64,000 nucleotides of DNA, from the NCBI GenBank assembly GCA_018675685.1, contig JABGXP010000014.1, positions 17,288-81,287 on the forward strand. Direction: 5' to 3'. Positions 19,683-28,826 of the stretch are shown here, one piece after another. The DNA comes from a bacterium (lineage in GTDB: Bacteria > Patescibacteriota > Minisyncoccia > Moranbacterales > DUUL01). Position 1 is the first letter of the stretch. Each line of letters opens with the position of its first letter. The position numbers and the translations under genes are program-made. Under the pieces are notes generated by a model, which had not been told where the DNA came from, searched no databases, and was given only the letters and a program-made list of their open reading frames with translations.

Positions 19683-20330
19683 ATGGGGAGCAGACATCTT
19701 TCACGTTCAATAGCAATGCAAAGTCTTTATGAATGGGACTTTAACAATGTTTCCGACAAGGGAATGGAGGCAATTTTGCGAAATAACCTTAAAGAATTTG
19801 GTTCAAATGTAGACGACGACAGCTTCACCAGGAAGCTTGTTTTTGGAATTTTAGAAAAGAGGGAAATAATTGATCCTATTATTGAAAAGTGTGCACCGGA
19901 ATGGCCTCTTGCTCAAATTACAATTGTTGATCGAAATGTTTTACGTCTAGGAATTTATGAGTTGATGTTTGGGAGCTATGATGAGGCTCCACCGAAAGTT
20001 GCTATCAATGAAGCAATTGAACTTGCGAAAGCCTTTGGCGGTGAAAGTAGTGGAAGATTTGTAAATGGAGTTCTAGGAACTGTTTATCGCGAAATGGGAG
20101 AGCCTATGAAGGAGGATTCAACTGAAGATGGGAAGATACGTCGAGAAAAAGTTTTGGGCGTAGAAACAGACGACCCAAAGAAGAAGGCTACCAAAAAAAC
20201 AAAAAAAGCTGTTGTCCAAGAAGAGAAAAAGGCAAAAAAAGAAAAGAAGGATGATGGAAAAAAGGCGAAGAAGGTTGTGAAAAAAGTTAAGAAAGAAGAA
20301 AAGAGGATTGATGCTAGTGATAAAGAATAA
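19683..20330 (+). CDS. nusB: Transcription antitermination factor NusB with Lys-rich C-terminal tail
   Basis: RHLSR..AMQSLYEWD, VDRNVLRLGIYE, VAINEAIELAK, FVNGVL. Confidence 0.95.
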   Translation: MGSRHLSRSIAMQSLYEWDFNNVSDKGMEAILRNNLKEFGSNVDDDSFTRKLVFGILEKREIIDPIIEKCAPEWPLAQITIVDRNVLRLGIYELMFGSYDEAPPKVAINEAIELAKAFGGESSGRFVNGVLGTVYREMGEPMKEDSTEDGKIRREKVLGVETDDPKKKATKKTKKAVVQEEKKAKKEKKDDGKKAKKVVKKVKKEEKRIDASDKE

Positions 20331-20441
20331 ATAGTTTAGCACAAGAACAAAAAGGAAATGTTTAATCTTTAAAATAGCACTAAAACGGAAGGTATGAAAT
20401 TTTTCATGGTTTCCATTTGAGGGCTTATAAACAATTGAAAA

Positions 20442-21137
20442 ATGGAAAAAATTAAGAAACTTGCGAAAAAAATAGAAATAGAATTTGATAATATAGAGCT
20501 TCTGCAGGAAGCAATGACTCATCGTTCATATCTCAATGAACACAAAGACTACAAGTTTGATCAAAATGAGAGGATGGAGTTCTTGGGTGACGCAGTCTTA
20601 GAGTTGATAGTCACAGAGCATTTATATTTGAATTATGGAAATCCAGAAGGGGAGCTTACTAATTGGAGAGCATCTTTGGTAAAAGGAGAAATGCTTGCTT
20701 TTGTTGGTGATGAAATTGGAATCGAAAAATATCTATTGATGTCAAAAGGAGAAAAACGAGACACAGGGAAAGCCAGGCAATATATTCTAGCAAATGCAAT
20801 GGAGGCAATTATTGGAGCTATTTATCTTGATAAGAGTCAGGGGTATGATAGTGCTAAAAGGTTTATTGAAAAATGGATCATCGTTAAATTGCCAGAAATT
20901 CTTAAAACAAAAAGCTACTTGGACCCAAAGAGTTATTTTCAAGAGAAAGCCCAAGAATTTGAGCAGACCACTCCTCACTATGAAGTTTTGGAAGAATGGG
21001 GCCCTGATCATGAAAAAATCTTTTTGATGGGAGTGTTTTTGGGAGATGAAAAAGTGGCAGAGGGGAAGGGTGACTCTAAACAAGAAGCTCAACGAACTGC
21101 TGCAGAAAAAGGACTTGAAGCAAAAAATTGGAAATAA
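20442..21137 (+). CDS. rnc: Ribonuclease III
   Basis: THRSY, NERMEFLGDAVL signature, EAIIGAIYLD, C-terminal dsRBD. Confidence 0.97.
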   Translation: MEKIKKLAKKIEIEFDNIELLQEAMTHRSYLNEHKDYKFDQNERMEFLGDAVLELIVTEHLYLNYGNPEGELTNWRASLVKGEMLAFVGDEIGIEKYLLMSKGEKRDTGKARQYILANAMEAIIGAIYLDKSQGYDSAKRFIEKWIIVKLPEILKTKSYLDPKSYFQEKAQEFEQTTPHYEVLEEWGPDHEKIFLMGVFLGDEKVAEGKGDSKQEAQRTAAEKGLEAKNWK

Positions 21138-21176
21138 TAGTTTGAAAATCAAAACCCAATAGTTTATTTCGAAAGG

Positions 21177-21214
21177 AAAAAGGGATTGTCTTGAAATTAA
21201 GACAATCCCTTTTT
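21177..21214. terminator. Bidirectional terminator between rnc and the convergent small genes
   Basis: AAAAAGGGATTGTCTT-gaaatt-AAGACAATCCCTTTTT perfect 16-bp inverted repeat. Confidence 0.9.
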
Positions 21215-21233
21215 AGTATCCAGATAGGGTCTT

Positions 21234-21386
21234 TTACGCAAAGCTTTTCCTTGCTTTGTAGGGGCAGTTATGACATTTACTGCCAAGGGATCCTTTGATT
21301 GCAAGTTTTCTTTTTTCGATGCAATTCGGACTTCCTGGTTCATGAGGGCAGTCCTGTGGTTTTCCATTTGCCATAATGGACTTCAT
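21234..21386 (-). CDS. 50-aa Cys-rich protein with CHNCP motif (absent from ORF track)
   Basis: MKSIMANGKPQDCPHEPGSPNCIEKRKLAIKGSLGSKCHNCPYKARKSFA*; AGGAGG SD; ATGA overlap with the upstream ORF's stop. Confidence 0.7.
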   Translation of the reverse strand: MKSIMANGKPQDCPHEPGSPNCIEKRKLAIKGSLGSKCHNCPYKARKSFA

Positions 21387-21586
21387 AAATAAAATCCTCC
21401 TTGTTTCCTAGTTTGTTTCTTATTGGGACAGTTGTGACATAAACTATCTTGTAGTTTCATTGCCTGTCGTTGTCTGTTTGTGCAAGCTTTGCCATCTAAC
21501 TTTAGGCAACACCTTCGAATCTTTATTTTTTGACCACGAAGGCGGTTTATTACATTGTGGACAGGGAAAACTGGTGTGACTTTCAT
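21383..21586 (-). CDS. 67-aa Cys-rich protein with CHNCP motif
   Basis: AAGGA SD; CC-x8-C-x14-CHNCP; near-consensus promoter upstream; coupled to a similar small ORF. Confidence 0.65.
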   Translation of the reverse strand: MKVTPVFPVHNVINRLRGQKIKIRRCCLKLDGKACTNRQRQAMKLQDSLCHNCPNKKQTRKQGGFYL

Positions 21587-21632
21587 TTTGAATCCTTTGT
21601 AAAAGATTTTTGAGGAACTTTTTATTTATTAG

Positions 21633-21661
21633 ATTATAGCACGTTTTTTATTAAATGTAAA
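21633..21661 (-). promoter_or_regulatory. sigma70 promoter with extended -10
   Basis: TTTACA-17 nt-TATAAT with TG at the extended -10 position. Confidence 0.7.
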
Positions 21662-21820
21662 GGGTTGAGAATACAATTATTTCATTCAATGGAAAAAGAT
21701 TATTTTCCGTTGTTAAGAGAGGTTTATTGTAGTATAATGCAAGAGTATCAATGAAATTTTGTCTTGTTTGCACAAAATTTTGTTTTATTGAAAATAAGGA
21801 ATAAAAAGAAAGAGAAAAAA

Positions 21821-24139
21821 ATGTTTTTAAAAAAGCTTGAAATTATTGGCTTCAAATCGTTTGCCAAAAAGACTTCTTTGGATTTTTCTCAAACAGGGAT
21901 TTTGAATGGTGAGAAAAAAATTGGAATCTCTGCGATTGTCGGTCCCAATGGAAGCGGCAAATCGAATATTGCAGATGCTCTGCGTTGGGCAATGGGAGAA
22001 CAATCCATGAAATATTTGCGAGGAAAAAAGACCGAGGACATTATCTTTGCAGGAAGCGGAAAAAAAGCGAAATTAGGGAGTGCACAAGTTTCGATTTATT
22101 TGGATAATTCTAAGAAACAAATTCCGCTAGAATTTGATGAGGTTGTTATCACTAGAAAAGTATACCGAAATGGTGAAAGTGAATATTTAGTAAATGGTGC
22201 CAAAACGAGATTGATTGATATTGTTGATTTGTTAGCAAGGGCAGGTATTGGACAGCGTAGTTATTGTATTGTGAACCAAGGAATGGCTGATCAGATTTTG
22301 AATGCAACTCCAATTGAAAGACGAGCGATGCTTGAGGAAGCGGCTGGTGTAAAGGAGTTTCAAGTTAAAAAACAGCGAGGACAAAGAAAGTTAGTGAGTA
22401 CAAAAAACAATCTAGATAGAGTGGAAGGACTTTTGCTCGAAATTGAACCGCATCTTAGATTATTGAAACGACAAAGTACAAGAGCTCAAAAAGGAGAGAT
22501 TTATCGAAATCAATTAAGAGAAAAACAACATTCTTTGTATGGTTTTTTGTGGCACGGACTTTTTGATTCTGTGAAAAAAGCTCAAGATATAAAAAGTGTA
22601 ACTGAACATGAAGTTGCAGAATTGCAAAAAGAAGTTAGTAATATTGCGGATGAATCACAGAAGGAGTCTAAGAATAAAATTTCTTTACAAGGAGAGATAA
22701 ACGAATTGGAAACAACACAAAGAGAGGTAAATCAAGAACTCAATATTCTTGAGAGAAAACTGATTATTGCTGAGGGCAAGTTAGCTTTGGAAAAGGAAAG
22801 AGCGAGAGATATTCGTCTCGTAGAAGTTATTCCGATGGGAGTCAAGGTTATTAAAACAAGACTCTCTGAAATTAAAAATCAGCAGGAAAAACTAATTAAG
22901 CGAATTGAAGGTGTTGATGATTTGAAACAAATTCAAGAAATCAAAGAATATGCACGAGCAATCTCAATGGAAATGTATGACTTATATGAAGCTGTTGTGA
23001 GAGGAAAGATGGAGAAGAAGAAGCCACAAGAGGAGATACAGAAACAAAAATCCATCAATTTAAAAAAAGCTCATTTCATCATGGAGGAAATAAAGGAGCT
23101 GAAAACCCAAAAGGCTAGTGCGGAAGAGAACCTTAGAGGGAAACAAAAAATAATCACCGAGCTTATCGGGAAAGATCAAAAAGAAAGAGGACTATCAATA
23201 GAATTAGAAGACAAGCTTAGGCGTGCTAGATTTGAATTAGATAGGAAAAAGGATCTTTTGAATGAAGCTAGAATTGAGCTTGCAAAAAATGAGGTAAAAG
23301 AAGAGGATCTAAGCGCTAGAATCAGATCAGAAATGCGTATTAGTCCGGAGAAGCTTGAATATAATAAGGAGTCTATCGATATTGCAAAATGTGACAAAGA
23401 TATCAACCGATTGAAATTTCAGTTAGAACAGATTGGGGGAATTGATGAAGCGATTATTGAAGAATATAAAGAGACTGATAAAAGATATAATTTCTTGTCA
23501 AAAGAATCTCAAGATCTACATGAAGCGATGAAGCGATTAAAAAAGGTTATTCGAGAAATGGATTTAAAAATAAAAGATGAATTTGAGGAAGCTTTTGTTT
23601 TTATCAATAAAGAGTTTGCAAAATACTTTAAAATTATCTTTAATGGTGGAAAAGCAAAGCTTGAAAAAATTGAAATTACGAAAATAAAACGTTCTTCACA
23701 AGAAAAGGAAAATAAGGAAAACTATACAGAAAACAGCTCTTTCGAAGCTGAGGAAGAGAAGGAGGATAAACAAATTGGAATTGAAATTTTCGCTGAACCA
23801 GCAGGAAAGAAAATAACAAATCTCGGCATGCTTTCTGGCGGTGAAAGAACTTTAACCTCAATAGCAATGCTCTTTGCAATTATTTCATATAATCCACCTC
23901 CATTTGCGTTCTTGGATGAGATTGAGGCTGCTCTTGATGAGGCTAATTCAAAGAGGTTTAGCAAAATCCTCAATGAGCTTTCAGGAAAAACTCAGTTTGT
24001 ACTTATTTCGCATAATCGGCAAACAATGAGAGAAGCAGCATTGCTTTATGGTGTCACAATGGGAGATGACGGGATTTCGAAGTTATTATCAGTTAAATTG
24101 GACCAAGTGGGGCTTGCTGGAGAGATAAAAAAGAATTAA
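21821..24139 (+). CDS. smc: SMC-family chromosome segregation ATPase (short, no recognisable hinge)
   Basis: GFKSF, GPNGSGKSN, Q-loop, LSGGE, LDEIEAALD, ISH; coiled coils; 772 aa; scpAB present in window. Confidence 0.88.
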   Translation: MFLKKLEIIGFKSFAKKTSLDFSQTGILNGEKKIGISAIVGPNGSGKSNIADALRWAMGEQSMKYLRGKKTEDIIFAGSGKKAKLGSAQVSIYLDNSKKQIPLEFDEVVITRKVYRNGESEYLVNGAKTRLIDIVDLLARAGIGQRSYCIVNQGMADQILNATPIERRAMLEEAAGVKEFQVKKQRGQRKLVSTKNNLDRVEGLLLEIEPHLRLLKRQSTRAQKGEIYRNQLREKQHSLYGFLWHGLFDSVKKAQDIKSVTEHEVAELQKEVSNIADESQKESKNKISLQGEINELETTQREVNQELNILERKLIIAEGKLALEKERARDIRLVEVIPMGVKVIKTRLSEIKNQQEKLIKRIEGVDDLKQIQEIKEYARAISMEMYDLYEAVVRGKMEKKKPQEEIQKQKSINLKKAHFIMEEIKELKTQKASAEENLRGKQKIITELIGKDQKERGLSIELEDKLRRARFELDRKKDLLNEARIELAKNEVKEEDLSARIRSEMRISPEKLEYNKESIDIAKCDKDINRLKFQLEQIGGIDEAIIEEYKETDKRYNFLSKESQDLHEAMKRLKKVIREMDLKIKDEFEEAFVFINKEFAKYFKIIFNGGKAKLEKIEITKIKRSSQEKENKENYTENSSFEAEEEKEDKQIGIEIFAEPAGKKITNLGMLSGGERTLTSIAMLFAIISYNPPPFAFLDEIEAALDEANSKRFSKILNELSGKTQFVLISHNRQTMREAALLYGVTMGDDGISKLLSVKLDQVGLAGEIKKN

Positions 24140-24158
24140 CAGATTTAAATTTTCGAAA

Positions 24159-24989
24159 ATGAAAAAACATAAAGAAGGCGAGGGTATAGAGACAAGAGAA
24201 TATGCTGGTTTTTTATTTAGACTTGCTGCTTTTGCTATTGATTTTTTGGTATTAGTTTTAATTTCAGTTGCTACAGCTATTGTTTTCACAATCGTTATAA
24301 ATCTTGCGAGAATTAATTTCGACATAGAAGTCATTTCTAGTTTTGTTGGTTTTTTGATTAATGCTGGATATTATGTGTTTATGACTTATCGATATGAAGC
24401 AACGTTCGGGAAGAAACTTTTTGGTCTTAGAGTAAAAAGTCATGATGATGAGGGGTTGGATATCGGAACAGTAATTGTTCGTGAAGTGGCTGGTAAATTT
24501 CTCTCAATAATGTCTTTCGGCCTGGGCTATCTTTGGATTTTCTTTGATAATAAAAAACAAGGGCTTCATGACAAGCTTGCAAAAACAGTTGTTTTAGTTG
24601 ATAAAGGAAGCAATGTCGCAAAATGGAAAGCCTTTCTTGTTGCGGGAGTTTTTTCAGTTTTCTTCATATGGTTCTCGGTTTGGATCACACTAGGAGTATT
24701 AGATGAGGATTTTCAAGATGGAATAAATCGAGGAAACGTAGTTTTACTTGTCAAAAGAACTCTAGTTTCTGCAAAATTGTGTGTTTCTGAAGGGAATAAT
24801 ATTATGAATCCAAAAAGCAATCAAAATGGCGGTGGAGATATTTGTGACGAAGCAATTGGGATGAAATGGCCAAGTTTAGGTGGAGGCTATGAATATGGGG
24901 AGATTAATAACAGTTATATTTTCATAAATAAAGCGGAAATTCCAGATACTAAATGTGAAATTATGAGTGGAGAGTGTAATTTGGAGTAA
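24159..24989 (+). CDS. RDD-family membrane protein with extra Cys-containing C-terminal domain
   Basis: YAGFLFRLAAFAID, TFGKKLFGLRV, KKQGLHDKLAKTVV. Confidence 0.85.
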   Translation: MKKHKEGEGIETREYAGFLFRLAAFAIDFLVLVLISVATAIVFTIVINLARINFDIEVISSFVGFLINAGYYVFMTYRYEATFGKKLFGLRVKSHDDEGLDIGTVIVREVAGKFLSIMSFGLGYLWIFFDNKKQGLHDKLAKTVVLVDKGSNVAKWKAFLVAGVFSVFFIWFSVWITLGVLDEDFQDGINRGNVVLLVKRTLVSAKLCVSEGNNIMNPKSNQNGGGDICDEAIGMKWPSLGGGYEYGEINNSYIFINKAEIPDTKCEIMSGECNLE

Positions 24990-25146
24990 GTATGGTAATT
25001 AAGGAGTAGTTATAAATATGTCTGTTTGAAGAAATCAAAAAATCTGATAGAATGTTATTATATTTTTAGTTATTAAAACTAGAATTAAGAATATGTGGAA
25101 AAGCTTTTCTTTTTGGAATTTACATATAGGCAATAGCCTTGTAAGA

Positions 25147-25500
25147 ATGAGGATTATAAAAGGATTTTTAATGCTTATTATAATCAGTCTTTTTGTGATT
25201 AAGATGAAGTATGATCTTAATAAGGCAGAACAAATGTGTGAAGGTCCGGATTGTGTGGAAATTAACATTTCTTTTTTGGCACCCCCCGACTATATAAAAG
25301 GTGTTGATAAGCGAAAATATCAGTGGGTCGAGATTTATAAAAAAGATTCCAAGAAAGTTCTTTATAAAAGATATTTCGATAATCAAAATAGGATAATTTT
25401 TTTGGTTGAGAAGGGCGAATATTATATAAAGAGTGATAATAAAGACCAAGAAATAAAAGAAATTTCGGTCAAGGGTAAAAAAGAGCTAATTCTGCAATAA
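25147..25500 (+). CDS. Hypothetical membrane-anchored protein
   Basis: N-terminal hydrophobic helix, beta-rich C-terminus; co-oriented with neighbours. Confidence 0.5.
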   Translation: MRIIKGFLMLIIISLFVIKMKYDLNKAEQMCEGPDCVEINISFLAPPDYIKGVDKRKYQWVEIYKKDSKKVLYKRYFDNQNRIIFLVEKGEYYIKSDNKDQEIKEISVKGKKELILQ

Positions 25501-25524
25501 TAGATAGTAAAAAAATAACAAGGA

Positions 25525-25974
25525 ATGAAAATCGAAAAGTTTAGAGAGGAAATAGAACTTGAACACAGAGTTTTAATTGGAGAAAGGGAGTTTGAAATAT
25601 TGGAAATTGTACATTTCCAATTAGATGACGGAACTGTTTATACAAAATTGTTTTTGGAGGACGGATATGTCCTAGCTGATGATGCAGAGCAGGATGTTTA
25701 TATTCTTGTTGAAGACGTTAAAACTGACTTCATCAAACCTTTTCCGGAACTTCTAGAATTTGACTCAAAGCGATTCACCTTTCAGTACAGTGCGAATGCA
25801 AAGGCAATTGAGGTTTCAGGAGAAGAGATTTTTGCCAAAGGTGATATGGAGAAATTTTGGGATTATGAATCCAGGGATGGGAGTTATTTAAGTTTGGGAA
25901 TTGTAGGGAAGACAGGAAAGAGAATGGATTTGTGTGGAAGAATTGTTCAAGAAGACGAACTGGAATTAGTTTAG
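25525..25974 (+). CDS. Acidic hypothetical protein, possibly DUF4178-like
   Basis: AAGGA SD; P..L.FD...F...YS..A, FWDYES.DG.YLS pattern. Confidence 0.5.
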   Translation: MKIEKFREEIELEHRVLIGEREFEILEIVHFQLDDGTVYTKLFLEDGYVLADDAEQDVYILVEDVKTDFIKPFPELLEFDSKRFTFQYSANAKAIEVSGEEIFAKGDMEKFWDYESRDGSYLSLGIVGKTGKRMDLCGRIVQEDELELV

Positions 25975-25992
25975 ATTTTTTAAAATTTCGAA

Positions 25993-26685
25993 ATGGAAAA
26001 AGCTAAAATTTATATTATCGGGACACCGATTGGAAACTTAAGTGACGTCACTTTTCGTGCGATTGAAACTTTAAGTGAAGTTGATTTAATTTTATGTGAA
26101 GACACTAGAGTGACAGCAAGGCTTCTTAATCGATATGAGATCAAGAAACCGCTTCTATCTTATCATCAGCAAAGTGGTTTAAGTAAAGTGGATAAGATTA
26201 TTGACCTCCTAAGGGAAGGGAAAAAGTTGGCGCTTGTGACAGATGCAGGGACCCCCGGAATATCTGATCCAGGGAATGAACTTGTTGCAAAGATACTGGA
26301 AGAATTTAAAGAGGATGTTTGTGTTATCCCAATTCCTGGTGTCTCAGCTATTACAGCCCTTGCTTCGGTTGCTGGGATTGATTTGTCAAAATTTGTTTTT
26401 TTAGGATTCATTCCCAACAAAAAAGGAAGGCAGACTTTCTTGAAAAAAGCAATTAATGCTTGCTTCCCGGTACTTTATTATGACTCACCTTATCGTTTTA
26501 TGAAGAATCTAAAACTTTGCAAAGAACTTTGTGAAGAACTAGGGGTTCACAAGAGGATGATTGTAGGAAGGGAGTTAACTAAAATTTTCGAAGAAATTGT
26601 CCGGGGTGATTTAGATGAAATTGAAGAATATTTTTTGAGTAAGGACGGCAAAATCAAGGGTGAATTTGTTGTGATTTTATATTAG
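25993..26685 (+). CDS. rsmI: 16S rRNA (C1402-2'-O)-methyltransferase
   Basis: TPIGNLSD, CEDTRVT, DAGTPGISDPG, RELTK.FEE, KGEFV. Confidence 0.96.
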   Translation: MEKAKIYIIGTPIGNLSDVTFRAIETLSEVDLILCEDTRVTARLLNRYEIKKPLLSYHQQSGLSKVDKIIDLLREGKKLALVTDAGTPGISDPGNELVAKILEEFKEDVCVIPIPGVSAITALASVAGIDLSKFVFLGFIPNKKGRQTFLKKAINACFPVLYYDSPYRFMKNLKLCKELCEELGVHKRMIVGRELTKIFEEIVRGDLDEIEEYFLSKDGKIKGEFVVILY

Positions 26686-26752
26686 AAAATAGCGGTTGAT
26701 TTTTGTTGATTTTTGCGATAGAATGGGGATAAATAATAAGTTGGAAATTTAT

Positions 26753-27646
26753 ATGAAAATAATTCAAAAACGAAATAAGTTCTTTGTACTATCGGCTATA
26801 CTTATGATTGTAAGTTTTGCTTTGATTTCTACCTGGGGACTGAAGTTGGGAATGGACTTTGTTGGTGGGACCAAACTAACCTTGAAGTACGAGGAAGGTG
26901 TTCCGACCAATGATGAGATCAGTGAGCAATTAAAAGAGCTTGAACTTGGAAGTTTAACAATTCAAAGTTCAGAGGAGAACACAGTGTTTGTTAGATTTGT
27001 AACAGGAGAGAATGATGAAGAGGTTCTGAACAGTGTTCAGGAGAAGCTGAAGGGTGCTCGAGAGGACTTATTGGTTGAAGAAGTCTCATATATAAGCTCA
27101 ACAGTTTCTGGGGAATTGAAATCTAGAGCCCTAACGGCAATTATTTTTGCAGTAGTGGGGATCGCCTTGTATGTAGCTTGGGCGTTTAGAAAAGTTTCTC
27201 ATCCAGTTGAAAGTTGGAAATACGGGATTGCTGCTGTTGTTGCTCTTGCGCATGATACTTTGCTTACAGTGGGACTCTTTTCTGTCCTAGGACACTTTTA
27301 TGGCATTGAAGTTAATATTCCATTTGTAGCAGCTCTTTTGACGATCCTAGGGTACAGTGTTAACGATACGATAGTTGTTTTTGACAGAGTTCGGGAGAAT
27401 TTGAATAAATCTGGAGCAAAAGATGACTTTGAAGAAACAGTGAACACCTCAATTAACGAATCATTGACCAGGTCAATCAACACTTCTTTGACCGTGGTTG
27501 TTGTTCTTACAGCAATTATTTTATTTGGCGGAGAAAGTATTCAGTCATTTTCAATCGCACTTCTAGTTGGAATTGTCCTTGGAACATATTCATCAATCTT
27601 TATCGCCAGCGCACTGATTGTTGAAATTTGGAAAAAAAGGAATTAA
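26753..27646 (+). CDS. secF: Protein translocase subunit SecF
   Basis: LGMDFVGGT, ALAHD, LTILGYSVNDTIVVFDRVRE, RSINTS, GTYSSIFIA. Confidence 0.96.
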   Translation: MKIIQKRNKFFVLSAILMIVSFALISTWGLKLGMDFVGGTKLTLKYEEGVPTNDEISEQLKELELGSLTIQSSEENTVFVRFVTGENDEEVLNSVQEKLKGAREDLLVEEVSYISSTVSGELKSRALTAIIFAVVGIALYVAWAFRKVSHPVESWKYGIAAVVALAHDTLLTVGLFSVLGHFYGIEVNIPFVAALLTILGYSVNDTIVVFDRVRENLNKSGAKDDFEETVNTSINESLTRSINTSLTVVVVLTAIILFGGESIQSFSIALLVGIVLGTYSSIFIASALIVEIWKKRN

Positions 27647-27682
27647 AAGAAGAAAAGCTGAAATAAAAGATAAGAAAAAAAA

Positions 27683-28819
27683 TTGAAAATTGCGATAGTT
27701 CACGACTATTTGGTTCAGTACGGGGGAGCGGAAAGGGTTCTTGAAGCGATTTGTGAGATTTGGCCCCAGGCACCCATCTATACACTGTTACATGACAGTG
27801 ATCTTGTGCATAATAAATTTGATGACAAGGTGATCAGAACTTCTTTTTTGCAAAAAGTTCCTTTTGCTAAAAAGAACCATAGGATTTTCCCACCACTTAT
27901 GATGCTTGGAATTGAACAGTTTAATCTTGACTATTATGACGTTGTTCTATCTGATTCTTCTAGCTTCGCCAAAAACTTAATCACCAATTCTGACACATTA
28001 CATATTACATATTGTCACACACCAATGCGTTATGGATGGGATGATTGTCAATATTATACTCAAGAATTTAGTTTTCCAGGAATTGTTAAGAAAGTCGTTC
28101 CACCTCTCATGAACTACATTAGATTGTGGGATTTTTTTGGCTCATATGGAGTGGATTCTTTTATTGCCAATTCTAATTTTGTTGCGACAAGAATTAAAAA
28201 ATATTATCATCGAGACTCATACGTAATCAATCCTCCTGTGAATGTTGACGATTTTCATATCTGCAAAAAGGAGGAACTAGGTGATTATTTTTTGATGGTT
28301 GGCAGAATGATGAAGTACAAGAAGATGGATCTTGTGATTGAAGCTTTTAATGAAATGAAATTGCCCCTCAAAATTGTCGGGCGTGGAATGGAGAAGGAAT
28401 ATCTAAGTGAAATAGCAGGGCCAACAGTTGAGTTTATGGGAAGAGTCTCAGACGAAGAATTGCGCGATATTTATGCTAAGGCGCAAGCATTTATCTTCCC
28501 CCAAGAAGAGGATTTTGGGATTGTTGCGATTGAGGCACTAGCTTCTGGAAGACCATTGATTGCTTTTAAAGGAGGGGATGTAGTGGAGCATATCCAAGAG
28601 GGGAAAACAGGTGTTTTCTTTAAGCAGCAAACTAAAAAGAAAGTGATAGCCGCTGTCAGAAAATTTCAATCCATTGATTTCGATGGAGAATTCATTCGTT
28701 CGACTTCATTGAAATTTGAAAAAGAGAATTTCCAGAAAAAAATTAAGGATTTTATTGAAAGTAAGAGAGAAGATTTTGTTAAGGAAAAAGAGTTTGTTAA
28801 TAATAAAAATATTAAATAA
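27683..28819 (+). CDS. Glycosyltransferase family 4 (GT-B)
   Basis: VHDYL.QYGGAERV, YCHTPMRY, EEDFGIVAIEALASGRP; TTG start. Confidence 0.92.
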   Translation: MKIAIVHDYLVQYGGAERVLEAICEIWPQAPIYTLLHDSDLVHNKFDDKVIRTSFLQKVPFAKKNHRIFPPLMMLGIEQFNLDYYDVVLSDSSSFAKNLITNSDTLHITYCHTPMRYGWDDCQYYTQEFSFPGIVKKVVPPLMNYIRLWDFFGSYGVDSFIANSNFVATRIKKYYHRDSYVINPPVNVDDFHICKKEELGDYFLMVGRMMKYKKMDLVIEAFNEMKLPLKIVGRGMEKEYLSEIAGPTVEFMGRVSDEELRDIYAKAQAFIFPQEEDFGIVAIEALASGRPLIAFKGGDVVEHIQEGKTGVFFKQQTKKKVIAAVRKFQSIDFDGEFIRSTSLKFEKENFQKKIKDFIESKREDFVKEKEFVNNKNIK

Positions 28820-28826
28820 AAAACAG

